A stretch of 64,000 nt of DNA from Deltaproteobacteria bacterium (GCA_034670305.1 JAXMNT010000011.1:96850-160849), one strand, 5' to 3'. Positions 19,009-30,128 are shown, counted from the stretch's first letter. Numbers and translations are program-made. Notes: a model not told the origin generated them from the letters alone.

Positions 19009-21825
19009 ATGGCGACCGGCTCCAAGACGCCCGCGGATGCGGCCACGCCCAAGGGCCAGTCGTCCGCGCCGGCGAAGCCCTCGAAGAAAAAGGGTCGGAA
19101 GAAGAGCGGCAAGGACAAGGGGCACACCCCAGTCATGCTGCAGTTCCTCCGCGCGAAGGAACAGTATCCGAACGCGCTCCTCTTCTTCCGAATGGGCGAC
19201 TTCTACGAGATGTTCTACGACGACGCGGTGCGCGCGTCGGAGCTGCTCCAGATCGCGCTCACCTCCCGCGGCACCGGTCCCGAGGGAGAGGACATTCCGA
19301 TGGCCGGCGTGCCCCACCATGCGGCCGCCGGCTACCTCATCAAGTTGCTTGGGCTCGGCGTGACGGTGGCCATCTGCGAGCAGATGGCGGACCCGAAGAC
19401 TGTGAAGGGCATCGTCCCGCGCGAAGTGGTCCGCGTGATCACCCCGGGACTCTGCCTGGAAGAAGAAGCCCTCGACGACCGGACCGATCACCACCTGGTC
19501 GCGTTGGCGCGCGAGGGGAAACAGGTCGGTTTGGCAGCGCTCGAGATGAGCGCTGGGCGGCTTCGGGCGGCGAGCTTCGAAGACCCGAGCGCGCTTCTGG
19601 CGGAACTCGTTCGTCTGGAACCGCGCGAGCTGCTCTTGCCAGCGGAAGGCATCAAGGCGCTCGGGTTCGACGACGGGTTCGCCGCGGGGGTGCGCGGGCT
19701 GCTGCGCGATGTGCCCACCCAATCGTGGACCGCGCCCGATGCCGAAGAGTCCGCGCTGGTCGCGGCGGTCGGCGCGGAAGAAGCGGCCGCCGGACGCGAG
19801 AAGTTCTCGCCCGCCGCGCTCTTGGCGATCGAAGCGGCGCTCTCCTATGCGCGTTCAACCCAGCCCAAGACCCCGCTCGATGTCCGGCAGATCGATCCCT
19901 ACGATCCGCACGACCAGCTGGTGCTCGACGAGTCGGCGGTCCGGAACCTCGAGCTGGTGCGGACGTTGGCTGGAGAGCGCAAAGGCTCGCTGCTCTCGTT
20001 GGTCGATTCCACCCGCACCGCGCTCGGCGCGCGTCTTCTCCGGCGCCGGATTCTGGCGCCGCTGATCGACCTCGCCGGCATTCGGAGGCGCCACGACGCG
20101 GTGGAGGCGTTCGTGCGAGACGCGACCTTGCGGGAGTCGCTGCGGGACGCGCTCAAGGGCCTTGGGGATCTCGAGCGACTGACCACCCGCGCCTCCCACG
20201 GTCTGGCCACCCCGAGGGATCTCGGCCTCATTCGCCACGCACTTCGTGGTGCCGCGGGCGTCGCGGCGCTGCTCGCGTCCGGCGCGGACCGCACGACCGA
20301 CGACGCGCTTCAGAGGCTGGTGCCGAGCGACGTGTGCGCCGACGTGCGCGACCTGCTGGAGACCGCGCTTCTGGAAGAGGGCTTGCCGGTGGTCGTGAGC
20401 GGCGGCGGCATCATCCGCGAGAAGGTGGATCCCGACCTGGACGACCTGCGCACGCTCTCGGCCGAAGCCAAGGACGTCATCCTCGAACTCGAGGCACGCG
20501 AGCGCAAACGCACCGGCATCGCCTCGTTGAAGGTCAAGTACACGAAGGTGTTCGGCTACTACATCGAGGTCACGCGCGCGAACCTCGCGTCGGTGCCGGA
20601 CGACTACGTTCGCAAGCAGACGATCGCGAACGGCGAACGCTACGTCACCGAAGAACTCTCGGACCTGCAGGAGAAGATCCTCGGCGCGGACGAGCGGGCC
20701 AAAGCGCTCGAGCAGCAGATGTTCGAGGACCTCCGCGTCCGGGTCGCGAAAGAAGCGTACCGGTTGCGGCGGCTCGCTTCGCAGATCGCCGCGCTCGACG
20801 TACACGCGTCGTTCGCGGACCAAGCGCACCGGTACGATTACTGCCGTCCGACGGTCGACGACTCCCGGCGGCTCGAGTTGAAGGACGCGCGGCATCCGAT
20901 CGTGGAACGTCTCGCCGCCGACGGTTCGTTCGTGCCGAACGACGTGGTGCTCGATGCCGAGGTCGGGAGCAGGCCGAAGGCCGGAGGGGATGCCCCATCC
21001 CCTCAGACAACACAGGGCAACCGGCTGATGATCCTCACGGGCCCCAACATGTCGGGCAAGTCGACCGCGATGCGGCAGGCGGCGCTCGCGGTGATCCTCG
21101 CCCAAGCCGGCGGATTCGTGCCCGCGTCCGCCGCGCACATCGGCTGTGTGGATCGTGTCTACACCCGCGTCGGCGCGAGCGACGCGCTCGGGGAAGGGCG
21201 CAGCACGTTCATGGTGGAGATGAGCGAAGCGGCCACGATCCTGCGCCACGCCACCGCACGTTCGCTGGTGGTGCTCGACGAGATCGGGCGCGGCACCAGC
21301 ACCTACGACGGACTGGCCATCGCCTGGGCGATCGCCGAGCACCTCCACGACCACGTGCGCTGCCGAGCGATGTTCGCGACCCACTACCACGAACTGTGCG
21401 AGCTCGCGGTGACCCACGAAGGCGCGTTCAACATGAACGTGGCCGCCACGGAGTACGAAGACGACGTGGTCTTCCTCCACAAACTCGTGCCGGGTGGGAG
21501 CAGCCGCAGCTACGGCGTCGCGGTCGCTCGGCTCGCCGGGGTTCCGCCGATCGTCATCGCGCGCGCCAAAGCGATCCTCAAAGACCTCGAGTCCGGCACC
21601 GCGCTGCCGTCCGGCGAACCCTCGCGCCTGCGCCCCGTCGACACGCAGGGGCGTGCGCAGCTGGATCTGTTCGCGTCGCCCGCCGACGTCGAGCCCGCCG
21701 CGCCTGCGCCCACCCCCTCGAAAGTGGAGGCGACCCTCGCGGAACTCGACGTCGAGCGCATGACCCCGGTGCAAGCGTTGGTCGCGCTCTCACGTCTACG
21801 GGATCTCCTGGCCCAGAAAGAGTAA
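19009..21825 (+). CDS. mutS: DNA mismatch repair protein MutS
   Basis: [63 protein letters not shown]. Confidence 0.97.
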   Translation: MATGSKTPADAATPKGQSSAPAKPSKKKGRKKSGKDKGHTPVMLQFLRAKEQYPNALLFFRMGDFYEMFYDDAVRASELLQIALTSRGTGPEGEDIPMAGVPHHAAAGYLIKLLGLGVTVAICEQMADPKTVKGIVPREVVRVITPGLCLEEEALDDRTDHHLVALAREGKQVGLAALEMSAGRLRAASFEDPSALLAELVRLEPRELLLPAEGIKALGFDDGFAAGVRGLLRDVPTQSWTAPDAEESALVAAVGAEEAAAGREKFSPAALLAIEAALSYARSTQPKTPLDVRQIDPYDPHDQLVLDESAVRNLELVRTLAGERKGSLLSLVDSTRTALGARLLRRRILAPLIDLAGIRRRHDAVEAFVRDATLRESLRDALKGLGDLERLTTRASHGLATPRDLGLIRHALRGAAGVAALLASGADRTTDDALQRLVPSDVCADVRDLLETALLEEGLPVVVSGGGIIREKVDPDLDDLRTLSAEAKDVILELEARERKRTGIASLKVKYTKVFGYYIEVTRANLASVPDDYVRKQTIANGERYVTEELSDLQEKILGADERAKALEQQMFEDLRVRVAKEAYRLRRLASQIAALDVHASFADQAHRYDYCRPTVDDSRRLELKDARHPIVERLAADGSFVPNDVVLDAEVGSRPKAGGDAPSPQTTQGNRLMILTGPNMSGKSTAMRQAALAVILAQAGGFVPASAAHIGCVDRVYTRVGASDALGEGRSTFMVEMSEAATILRHATARSLVVLDEIGRGTSTYDGLAIAWAIAEHLHDHVRCRAMFATHYHELCELAVTHEGAFNMNVAATEYEDDVVFLHKLVPGGSSRSYGVAVARLAGVPPIVIARAKAILKDLESGTALPSGEPSRLRPVDTQGRAQLDLFASPADVEPAAPAPTPSKVEATLAELDVERMTPVQALVALSRLRDLLAQKE

Positions 21826-21836
21826 CCTCGGCTGAG

Positions 21837-22889
21837 ATGAGCGACGACCCGCCCGACCGATGGATCGAAGAGATCGAAGCCGCCGACGTGGCATTGGCCG
21901 AAGCACTCGACAAGCGCGCGCGCGCATGCCGTGAGCTGCACCGCATTCAGACCGACTCGCCGGAGGCGTTCTTTCGCATGCCACGTGCGGACGACGTCGT
22001 GACGCGGCTCACCGGGCGCATGTCCGACTTCCCCGTGTCCGGACTCGGACCGATCGTCCGCGAAGTGATCTCGGCGTGCGACAGCCTCACCACGCCCACC
22101 GAGGTGGGCTACTTCGGAACGCCGGGCAGCTTCGCCCACTTGGCCGCGCGTCAGCATTTTGGGCACGCCGCACACTTCGTTGCGCTCGCCACCACCGCAG
22201 AGGTCCTCGAGCGCGTGGCGCGGGGTCGCCTGCAGTTCGGTCTGCTTCCGCTCGAGACCAGCTCCGACGGGGCGGTCACTGCGACGTTGACCGGGCTCTC
22301 CCAGAGCGAGGCGTGCATCTGCGCCGAGGTCGAGGTCGAACACTCGTACCACCTGCTCAGCACGACGGGGAACTCGACCGACATCGAAAAGGTGTATGGC
22401 ACCCGTGCCGCGCTGGCGGCCTCGCAGTTGTTCCTCGCGCGCGAGTTGCCGCGGGCCACCCTGATGGACGTGCCCAGTGGAGAACTCGCCGCAGACCTCG
22501 CCCGATCCGACCACGGCGCGGGGGTGGTCGGCACCCGCATGCTGGAGGAGCTCTTCTCGCTTCGGGTCGCCGTCGAGGCGATCAGTCCTCGAACGAGCAC
22601 CCGCTACGCCGTGGTGAGCACCGAACTGCCCAGCCGGAGCGGCAAGGATCGGACGGTGATCACGATGGCCGTGCACGACGCGCCCGGTGCGCTCTACGAG
22701 AGCCTCAAACCCTTCGCGTCCCGCGACGTGAACCTGACCAACGTGGAATCCCGTCCGACCGAACAGTGGCGATACCTCTTCTTCGTGGAGATGGAAGGGC
22801 ACGTGACCGACCGGCCGATCCTGACGGCGCTCGAAGAGCTGCGCAGCATCAGCCGGTTCGTCAAAGTGCTGGGCAGTTACCCACTCTGA
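21837..22889 (+). CDS. pheA: Chorismate mutase / prephenate dehydratase P-protein (divergent)
   Basis: CM-like helical N-terminus, PDT domain, ACT domain (PGAL, VNLTNVESRP, YLFFVE, VKVLGSYP); several catalytic motifs deviate. Confidence 0.8.
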   Translation: MSDDPPDRWIEEIEAADVALAEALDKRARACRELHRIQTDSPEAFFRMPRADDVVTRLTGRMSDFPVSGLGPIVREVISACDSLTTPTEVGYFGTPGSFAHLAARQHFGHAAHFVALATTAEVLERVARGRLQFGLLPLETSSDGAVTATLTGLSQSEACICAEVEVEHSYHLLSTTGNSTDIEKVYGTRAALAASQLFLARELPRATLMDVPSGELAADLARSDHGAGVVGTRMLEELFSLRVAVEAISPRTSTRYAVVSTELPSRSGKDRTVITMAVHDAPGALYESLKPFASRDVNLTNVESRPTEQWRYLFFVEMEGHVTDRPILTALEELRSISRFVKVLGSYPL

Positions 22890-22969
22890 GTGCTCCCGGA
22901 CGACGCCCAGGCCCGATTCCCTGGGGCCGCGCTTGCGTCTGCCGGGCTCCGCCACCATCCTCCCTCGCC

Positions 22970-24109
22970 ATGGCCGAACCCGAGTCTCGTCAAGCCACCG
23001 GTGGCCACCCCGACCCGCTCGTGGCGCCCCATGTCGCCCGGATGGTTCCCTACAAACCCGGCAAACCCGTCGCGGAACTCGAGCGCGAGCTCGGCATCCG
23101 CAATGCGATCAAACTTGCGTCCAACGAGAACCCGCTCGGGCCCTCGCCCCACGTGGCTGCGTTGCTCGGCGAAGCCGGTCTGCGCCCGGAGATCTACCCG
23201 GACGGCTCGGGTTTCGAGCTTCGCCAAGCACTGGCCGCGCACCACGACGTCGCCATGAACCAGGTCGTCCTCGGCAACGGAAGCAACGAGCTCATCGATC
23301 TGGTTTGCCGCACGTTCGCCTATGGCGACGACCACCTGGTCTTCGGAAAACCGAGCTTCGTTTGTTACTGGCTCGGCTCGGTGGCTTCGAACCTCGCGTA
23401 CACCGAAGCACCGCTGAAGGACGACCTCGCGTGGGACGTCGACGCGCTGCTCTCCGCGGTCACGCCGAAGACGAAGATCGTGTTCGTCGCCAACCCGAAC
23501 AACCCCACCGGCGCGCACATGACGCGGGCCGACCTCGCGCGACTGGTGCACGAACTGCCGCCGCGCGTCGTGCTCGTGCTGGACGAAGCGTACGTCGAGT
23601 TCGCCGATGCGGACGACTTCGCGAGCGCGTTCGAGTTTCGCGCCGAGCGGGAGCGCTTGTTGGTGCTCCGCACCTTCAGCAAGGCCTACGGGCTGGCGGC
23701 GCTGCGGGTCGGCTACGTCGTCGGTGCACCCGAGCTCATCGACTACCTCAACCGGATGCGCGCGCCGTTCAATGTGAACGCGCTGGCGCAGCGGGCCGCG
23801 CTCGCCGCCCTTGGCGACCCGGAACATGTCGCGAAGTACGTCGCGCTCAACCGCGTCGAACGGGCGCGGGTGGGCGAGCGACTCGAGGCGCTCGGCCTCA
23901 CGGTGGCGCCGTCCCAAGCGAACTTCTTGCTGGTCGACGTGCGACCGCGTGGGTTCACGGGCGCTCAGGTATACGACGCGCTGCTGAGCAAGGGTGTGAT
24001 CGTGCGGCCGATGCCGCCGCCGCTGGAGGGATTCGTGAGGATCACCATCGGGCTCGAAACATGGAACGACCGGCTGCTGGAAGTGGCCACGGAGGTTTGC
24101 GGTGGCTGA
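22970..24109 (+). CDS. hisC: Histidinol-phosphate / aromatic aminotransferase
   Basis: YKPGKP, KLASNENPLG, GNGSNELI, NPNNPTG, DEAY.EF, RTFSKAYGLAALRVGY. Confidence 0.95.
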   Translation: MAEPESRQATGGHPDPLVAPHVARMVPYKPGKPVAELERELGIRNAIKLASNENPLGPSPHVAALLGEAGLRPEIYPDGSGFELRQALAAHHDVAMNQVVLGNGSNELIDLVCRTFAYGDDHLVFGKPSFVCYWLGSVASNLAYTEAPLKDDLAWDVDALLSAVTPKTKIVFVANPNNPTGAHMTRADLARLVHELPPRVVLVLDEAYVEFADADDFASAFEFRAERERLLVLRTFSKAYGLAALRVGYVVGAPELIDYLNRMRAPFNVNALAQRAALAALGDPEHVAKYVALNRVERARVGERLEALGLTVAPSQANFLLVDVRPRGFTGAQVYDALLSKGVIVRPMPPPLEGFVRITIGLETWNDRLLEVATEVCGG

Positions 24110-24131
24110 CTTGACGAACGAATGGACGGGT

Positions 24132-25169
24132 ATGCGCGCGCGGGTACACGCGGCGTCGTGGATGCTCCTCGCGGGCGTTCTCGGATGCGGCGGCGGCACC
24201 CAGGTCGAAGGCGAGACGACGCCGGTGGAGGTGCAGCACGTCGAGGTCGCCGCGGCGCCGACGCCGATCGAGGTGCTTCACCCCGACAGCTTCGCCCTCA
24301 TCGAAGTGGACGTCGCCCGCGCTCGGAACTCGCCGTACTACCCCATCGTATGGCCCTGGATCGTCGGCTTGATCGAAGACGAAGCCCGGGACGAAGCGCC
24401 GCGCCTCATCGAGGCGCTCAACCAGGCGATTCAAGATGTCGACCGAGTCTACGCGTCGTTCGTGCCCCGCAACTCGGGAAGCTACGACCTCGGCTCGGTG
24501 GTCGTCGAAGGGCGCTTCGAACCCGGCGAAGTCGAGGGCTGGCTCCGGAGCGCGGTACCGCCCGAACGCGCGGCCCGGCTCACGCCGACGCAGATCGGAA
24601 ACTACCGCGGCTTCTCGATGGGTGACGAAACGAGCGCCAGCTCGGGCGCGCTCATCGAAGTCAGTCCCTCGATCTGGGTCCTCGGACCGCGGAGCGCGCT
24701 CGAAGCGCCCCTCGCGAACCCTGCGGCACCGGCTGCGTTCTCGGACGCGTCCTTCCTCGAGGCGCGCACGCGTCTGTCGATCGCACAGCCGATGGCGACC
24801 TGCGTCGTACTCGGCACCGAAGAGGGCAAACGACTCTTGCGCCGGGACTCTCCGCTCGAGAGGCAAGCGGAGTCCGCGCGCAGCGCCGCCGTCTCCGTCG
24901 ACGCGACCTCGGGCGTGCAGCTCGACTCGATCGCACTCTTCGACTCCCCAGAGCCAGCCAGCGTCTTGGTCGGTCGGCTGTCGGAGCTGCGCAACGAAGC
25001 CGCGAACTCGATGCCCATCCGCATGATGCCGCGCGTCTCCAGCGCGATCGAGTCCATCGCGATCCAGCAGGATGCGTCGGACGTCGGGGTGGCTTTCCAG
25101 ATGCCTGACGCAGAGCTTCGCCCGCTGCTCGAGACGCTTGGCGGCTTCATCTCCATGGCCCGCAACTGA
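24132..25169 (+). CDS. Hypothetical lipoprotein
   Basis: Lipobox VLGC, coding-like codon usage, tightly packed between hisC and aroA. Confidence 0.75.
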   Translation: MRARVHAASWMLLAGVLGCGGGTQVEGETTPVEVQHVEVAAAPTPIEVLHPDSFALIEVDVARARNSPYYPIVWPWIVGLIEDEARDEAPRLIEALNQAIQDVDRVYASFVPRNSGSYDLGSVVVEGRFEPGEVEGWLRSAVPPERAARLTPTQIGNYRGFSMGDETSASSGALIEVSPSIWVLGPRSALEAPLANPAAPAAFSDASFLEARTRLSIAQPMATCVVLGTEEGKRLLRRDSPLERQAESARSAAVSVDATSGVQLDSIALFDSPEPASVLVGRLSELRNEAANSMPIRMMPRVSSAIESIAIQQDASDVGVAFQMPDAELRPLLETLGGFISMARN

Positions 25170-25194
25170 TCGAAAGCGCGGCCTCGCCCCAACC

Positions 25195-26568
25195 ATGAGT
25201 TCATTCATCGTTCGACCTTCCGGACCCCTTCGCGGAGACGCGCGGGTGCCCGGCGACAAGTCCATCGGCCACCGCGGCGTGCTCTTCGGATCGCTCGCGC
25301 GCGGTCGCTGCGTCTTGCGTGGGCTCGCGGCGGGCGAGGACAACCGGTCGACGGTGGAGGCGATGCGCGCGATGGGCGTGTCGATCGAACTGGTGGAGAC
25401 GCCCATCGGACTGACCGCGACCATCGACGGGGTGGGGCTTCGAGGGCTGCGGCTCCCGAGTGGGGCCATCGACTGCGGCAACTCCGGCACCACCATGCGG
25501 CTGCTCATCGGCCTGATGTCGGGGCAACGCTTCGGCACCCGGTTGACCGGCGATGCATCGCTGACGCGTCGGCCGATGGGTCGCGTCGTCGCGCCGCTGC
25601 GCGCCCGCGGTGCCCATGTGCAGGGCAGCAGCCCCGAAGGGCGCGCGGCCCGAACCGAAGACGACTGTTACCCGCCGTTGAGCGTGGCCCCGCTCGTCGA
25701 AGGCGAAGCGTTGCTCGGGCTCGAGTACGACATGCCGGTGGCGAGCGCGCAGGTGAAGAGTTGTCTCCTGCTCAGTGGCCTCTACGCGGGCGGACCGACC
25801 ATCCTCAAAGAACCAGTGGTGAGTCGGGACCACACCGAACGCATGCTGGTCGCGCTCGGCGTGCCGCTCCAGACCGTGGGCCCGATGGTGGCCTTCGATC
25901 CAGACGACCCGGAATGGAAGGGCGGCTGGGATCCCTTCGACTGGGAGGTCCCCGGTGATCTCTCGAGCGCGGCGTTTCTGCTCGCGGGCGCACTGATGGT
26001 TCCGGGCAGCGAGGTCGTGGTGCGCGGCGTCGGCACGAACCCGACCCGCACGGGGATTCTCGACGTGGTGCGTTTGATGGGCGCCGGCGCCCAAGCGGCG
26101 CCCATCGAAGAAGGCGCCGGTGGGGAGCCGCGCGCCGACCTCCACGTCGCCCACACCCAGCCCCGCGGCGTGGCGTTCGGCGGAGAACTCCTGGTCCGCA
26201 TGATCGACGAAGTGCCCGCCCTGTGTGCGGTCGCCGCGGCGTCCTCGGGCACGACGGAGATCCGCGACGCGCAGGAACTGCGGGTCAAGGAGTCGGACCG
26301 CATCGCCGCGATGGCATCCGTACTGACCGCGTTTGGCTGCGCCAACGAAGAACTCGAGGACGGCATCCGCATCCACGGTGGAAGCGCTCTTCGCGCGGCC
26401 ACCGTGGAGAGCCGCGGCGACCACCGCATCGCGATGAGTGCGGCGCTGCTCGGTCTGATCGCCGACGGCGAGACCGTGGTGGAAGACGTCGATTGCGTGG
26501 CCACCAGCTTCCCGACCTTTGCCGACACGTTGCGCAAACTCGGTGCGGATGTAGAGCACCGGACATGA
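25195..26568 (+). CDS. aroA: 3-phosphoshikimate 1-carboxyvinyltransferase (EPSP synthase)
   Basis: PGDKSI.HR, DCGNSGTTMR, RRPM, SAQVKS, RDHTE, ELRVKESDRI, DHRIAM. Confidence 0.97.
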   Translation: MSSFIVRPSGPLRGDARVPGDKSIGHRGVLFGSLARGRCVLRGLAAGEDNRSTVEAMRAMGVSIELVETPIGLTATIDGVGLRGLRLPSGAIDCGNSGTTMRLLIGLMSGQRFGTRLTGDASLTRRPMGRVVAPLRARGAHVQGSSPEGRAARTEDDCYPPLSVAPLVEGEALLGLEYDMPVASAQVKSCLLLSGLYAGGPTILKEPVVSRDHTERMLVALGVPLQTVGPMVAFDPDDPEWKGGWDPFDWEVPGDLSSAAFLLAGALMVPGSEVVVRGVGTNPTRTGILDVVRLMGAGAQAAPIEEGAGGEPRADLHVAHTQPRGVAFGGELLVRMIDEVPALCAVAAASSGTTEIRDAQELRVKESDRIAAMASVLTAFGCANEELEDGIRIHGGSALRAATVESRGDHRIAMSAALLGLIADGETVVEDVDCVATSFPTFADTLRKLGADVEHRT

Positions 26569-27245
26569 GCCGTCTGCATCCCATCGTCGCCATCGACGGC
26601 CCGGCCGGCGCGGGCAAGAGTTCCGTTGCACGCGAAGTCGCCAAAGCCCTCGGCTACGTGCTGGTGGACACCGGCGCGCTCTACCGCGGGCTGGCGCTGG
26701 CCGCGCGCGAGCGGGGGATCGCCTGGACCGACGGCCCGGCCCTCGGCACACTCGCCGATGCCCTCGAGCTGCATTTCGAGGTCTCGGACGACGGCCCGCT
26801 CCTCCACATCGACGGCGTGAACCGCGCAGACGACATCCGGAGCCCCGACGTCTCCGAGGGCGCGAGCCAGGTGTCCGCCCACCCCGCGGTGCGCAACGCA
26901 TTGCTCGGCATCCAGCGCCGGCTCGGGGCCGAGGGTGGGGTGGTGCTCGAAGGCCGCGACATCGGGACCGTCGTCTTCCCGGACGCCGAGGTGAAGTTCT
27001 TCCTGACCGCGAGCCCGGAGGAACGTGCCCGCCGGCGGGTCCAGGACCTCGAAGGCCGTGGTGTGGTCGCGAACTTCGACGAGGTCCTGGCGAGCATCCG
27101 GGTCCGAGACGACCGGGACTCGGCACGCGAAGTAGCGCCGCTGAAGCCCGCGTCGGACGCCACGGAACTCGACAGCACCGAGCTGCAGCGCGACGAAGTC
27201 GTGGCCACCATCGTGGCGGCCGTGGCCGAACATCTGGGCCGCTGA
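26565..27245 (+). CDS. cmk: Cytidylate kinase
   Basis: AIDGPAGAGKS, DTGALYR, EGRDIGTVVFP, RD..D..R..APL. Confidence 0.96.
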   Translation: MSRLHPIVAIDGPAGAGKSSVAREVAKALGYVLVDTGALYRGLALAARERGIAWTDGPALGTLADALELHFEVSDDGPLLHIDGVNRADDIRSPDVSEGASQVSAHPAVRNALLGIQRRLGAEGGVVLEGRDIGTVVFPDAEVKFFLTASPEERARRRVQDLEGRGVVANFDEVLASIRVRDDRDSAREVAPLKPASDATELDSTELQRDEVVATIVAAVAEHLGR

Positions 27246-27343
27246 ACGGGTCCCCAGGCCGGTCGCTGTGACATCGGCTGGCCATCGAGCCATCCGAGAC
27301 CCGATCCCTCGGCGCTGGCGACCGAAACGTGGGTCGCCCCCGA

Positions 27344-27372
27344 TTGACAGCATGGGTGGGCACTGCTAACCC
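27344..27372 (+). promoter_or_regulatory. sigma70-like promoter for rpsA
   Basis: Perfect TTGACA (27344-27349), 17-bp spacer ending in TG-C, -10 TAACCC. Confidence 0.55.
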
Positions 27373-27494
27373 GCGCGTCCGCGACGCCGTTGTCGCACCC
27401 GTCCGCCAATTTGGAGTGCGGCCGGTTTGTAGACCCTAGCCGGGATGCTGTCTCACGTCGCGACTCCGACCGCGTGAGCCCACCCGCCACCAAA

Positions 27495-29306
27495 ATGACC
27501 ACTGAATCCACTACTGAAACCTCTGAACCGGTTCACGAACCGGGTAGCTTCGCGGCCCTCTTCGAGGCCTCCACCACCCGCACCGACCAACTGCGCGAGG
27601 GCGACATCGTCGCCGGCTCCGTCATCAAGGTCGGCAAGGACTCCGTTGTCGTAGACATCGGATACAAGTCCGAGGGCGTCATTCCCATTCACGAGTTCAT
27701 CGACGAGACCGGTTCGGTCAAGGTCACCCCCGGGGACCAGGTCGACGTGCTCGTCGAGGCCAAAGAGAACGAGTACGGACTCGTGCTCCTCTCGAAAGAG
27801 AAGGCCGACAAGCTCAAGGTCTGGGACGAGATCAGCGCCGCGTGCGAGCGCGACGAGCTCATCGCCGGCACCATCACCCAGCGCGTGAAGGGCGGCCTCT
27901 CGGTCACCATCCGCGGTGGCGTCAAAGCGTTCCTTCCGGGATCGCAGGTCGACCTTCGACCGGTGCGCAACCTGGACAAGCTTCTTGGACAGACCTTCGA
28001 TTTCAAGGTCATCAAGTTCAACAAGAAGCGCGGCAACATCGTGCTCAGTCGGCGCGTCCTGCTCGAGAAGGAGCGCGACCGCCTCAAGGCCAAGACGCTC
28101 GAGAAGCTCGAAGAGGGCATGATCGTCACGGGCACCATCAAGAACATCACCGAGTACGGTGCGTTCGTGGACCTCGGCGGCATCGACGGCCTCCTGCACA
28201 TCACGGACATGTCCTGGGGTCGCGTCAGCCACCCGTCGGAGCTGTTCACGGTGGGCGACGAAGTCACCGTCAAGGTGCTCAAGTACAACCCGGAGACGGA
28301 GCGCGTGTCGCTCGGTCTCAAGCAGATGGGCGAGGACCCGTGGAACTTCGCAGCCGAGCGCTTCAAGCCGGACACGAAGGTCAGCGGTAAGGTCGTCTCC
28401 CTCACCGATTACGGCGCGTTCGTCGAACTCGAAGAGGGCGTCGAAGGCCTCATTCACGTCAGCGAGATGACGTGGACCAAGCCGAAGCACCCGTCGAAGA
28501 TCCTCGAGCTCGGCGAAGACGTCGAAGCCGTGGTGCTCGACATCGACATCCAGCACAAGCGCATCAGCCTCGGTCTGAAGCAGCTCAAGCCGGATCCGTG
28601 GACCCTGTTCACCAAGAAGTACGAAGCGGGTCAGACCATCCAGGGTCGCGTCCGGTCCATCACGGACTACGGCGTGTTCATCGGGATCGAAGACGGCGTG
28701 GACGGCATGGTCCACAAGTCGGACCTCAGCTGGACGCAGAAGATCAACAACCCGGCCGACGTCTACAAAAAGGGCGACGAGGTCGAGGCGATCATTCTCG
28801 CGATCAACCACGAAGAGCAGAAGGTCAGCCTCGGCATCAAGCAGCTCTGGGAGGACCCGTGGTCCTACATCCCGGAGCGTTACCCCGAGGGCACCGTGCT
28901 CGAAGTGCGCATCACGCACGTCAACGAGTACGAGGCCGCAGTCGAGCTGGAAGAGGACGTCGAGGGCTCCGTGCCGCGCGCCGAAATCGGCAACGACATG
29001 AGCGTCGACCCGAGCCAGCTGGTCAAGGTCGGAGAGATCCTCAAGGCGCAGGTCATTCGTCTCGACGAAGACGAGCGCCGCATCAGCCTCTCGTTCAAGA
29101 GCGCCGACAACAAGGAACTCGACGAGAAGATGAAGTTCGTCGCCGAACGCCGCGCCAAGAAGGCCGGTCCGGCTGCCGCGATGGGACGCCAGGCTGCAAC
29201 GCTTGGCGACCTCCTCAAGGACAAGCTGAGCGCGATTGCCGCGGCCGACGGCGATGCCGATGGCGAGTCCGACGCTCCGGCCGATGCAGGCAGCGAAGAA
29301 GAGTAG
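27495..29306 (+). CDS. rpsA: 30S ribosomal protein S1
   Basis: VDIGYKSEG, AFLPGSQVD, YGAFVDLGGIDGLLHITDMSW and further S1 repeats; follows cmk. Confidence 0.98.
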   Translation: MTTESTTETSEPVHEPGSFAALFEASTTRTDQLREGDIVAGSVIKVGKDSVVVDIGYKSEGVIPIHEFIDETGSVKVTPGDQVDVLVEAKENEYGLVLLSKEKADKLKVWDEISAACERDELIAGTITQRVKGGLSVTIRGGVKAFLPGSQVDLRPVRNLDKLLGQTFDFKVIKFNKKRGNIVLSRRVLLEKERDRLKAKTLEKLEEGMIVTGTIKNITEYGAFVDLGGIDGLLHITDMSWGRVSHPSELFTVGDEVTVKVLKYNPETERVSLGLKQMGEDPWNFAAERFKPDTKVSGKVVSLTDYGAFVELEEGVEGLIHVSEMTWTKPKHPSKILELGEDVEAVVLDIDIQHKRISLGLKQLKPDPWTLFTKKYEAGQTIQGRVRSITDYGVFIGIEDGVDGMVHKSDLSWTQKINNPADVYKKGDEVEAIILAINHEEQKVSLGIKQLWEDPWSYIPERYPEGTVLEVRITHVNEYEAAVELEEDVEGSVPRAEIGNDMSVDPSQLVKVGEILKAQVIRLDEDERRISLSFKSADNKELDEKMKFVAERRAKKAGPAAAMGRQAATLGDLLKDKLSAIAAADGDADGESDAPADAGSEEE

Positions 29307-29334
29307 ACCTCCGGGTTCACACTTTCTGAAGTAG

Positions 29335-29373
29335 AAGACGCCGCGTTCCTCCGGGAGCGCGGCGTTTCTCTTT
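29335..29373 (+). terminator. Intrinsic terminator after rpsA
   Basis: AGACGCCGCGTTCC-TCCG-GGAGCGCGGCGTTT followed by CTCTTT. Confidence 0.85.
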
Positions 29374-29475
29374 GTCATGGGCCCAGAGCCTCCCGCGCGA
29401 GAGACCTCTGGGCTTGAATCGCGGTGGGTTCTCTGCGTCTCCTCTCGCAACCTCAGACCTTCACAAGGGCCCTCG

Positions 29476-30063
29476 ATGCGATTCCTTCTCCCCCTCCTAC
29501 TTGTCTCCGCGCTTGCATGCGTTGGCCCCCCCGCCCCCGATCGCGTCGACGACGAACCCACGGGTGGCGGTCACGAGGTCAGCGATCCTGGTACCGCGCC
29601 AGGCGATCCCGGCTGTCCGCCGCCGGCCGAGTCGGCGGACATGTGCGCGGCGGTGATGGTCTACGCGCAGCATCCGGACACCGGCGCGTGCTGCGAGTAC
29701 AGCTCGCCCTGTGTGGCGCCCCAGGGCTGGGCCGCGTTCGGCGATCCGGCGGAGTGCGCCGCGGCCTCCTCGGCTCCGGCATCCACATCGGCGTACGCCG
29801 ATCTCGAAGCCCCCGACCCGGCGTGGCTGAGCTGTGGGACCGACGCGGACTGCGCGGTGGTGGAGATCGGCTGCTGCGATCACTGCAACGGCGGCCGGGT
29901 GATCCCAGTCAACACCAGCTCGGCCGGTGAAGCCGAGACCCGCTACCACGCGGAGTGCCCGGACGATCAGCGCTGCACCATGCGCGGGTGTTTCGGGCCC
30001 GAGGCGGCGTGCGAGAGCGGGCAGTGTGCGTTGCGGCGCGTGGAGCCGAACCTCCCGCGGTAG
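29476..30063 (+). CDS. Small Cys-rich lipoprotein
   Basis: [15 protein letters not shown] lipobox; two disulfide-rich modules ([24 protein letters not shown]...GCC..C). Confidence 0.75.
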   Translation: MRFLLPLLLVSALACVGPPAPDRVDDEPTGGGHEVSDPGTAPGDPGCPPPAESADMCAAVMVYAQHPDTGACCEYSSPCVAPQGWAAFGDPAECAAASSAPASTSAYADLEAPDPAWLSCGTDADCAVVEIGCCDHCNGGRVIPVNTSSAGEAETRYHAECPDDQRCTMRGCFGPEAACESGQCALRRVEPNLPR

Positions 30064-30082
30064 CGCGCCAAACGATGGTTGT

Positions 30083-30122
30083 GGACGCCGCGCGTGTTTT
30101 GCACGCGTGGCGTCTTCCTTTT
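30083..30122 (+). terminator. Terminator-like hairpin
   Basis: GGACGCCGCGCGTGT-TTT-GCACGCGTGGCGTCT followed by TCCTTTT. Confidence 0.65.
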
Positions 30123-30128
30123 GGGGAG

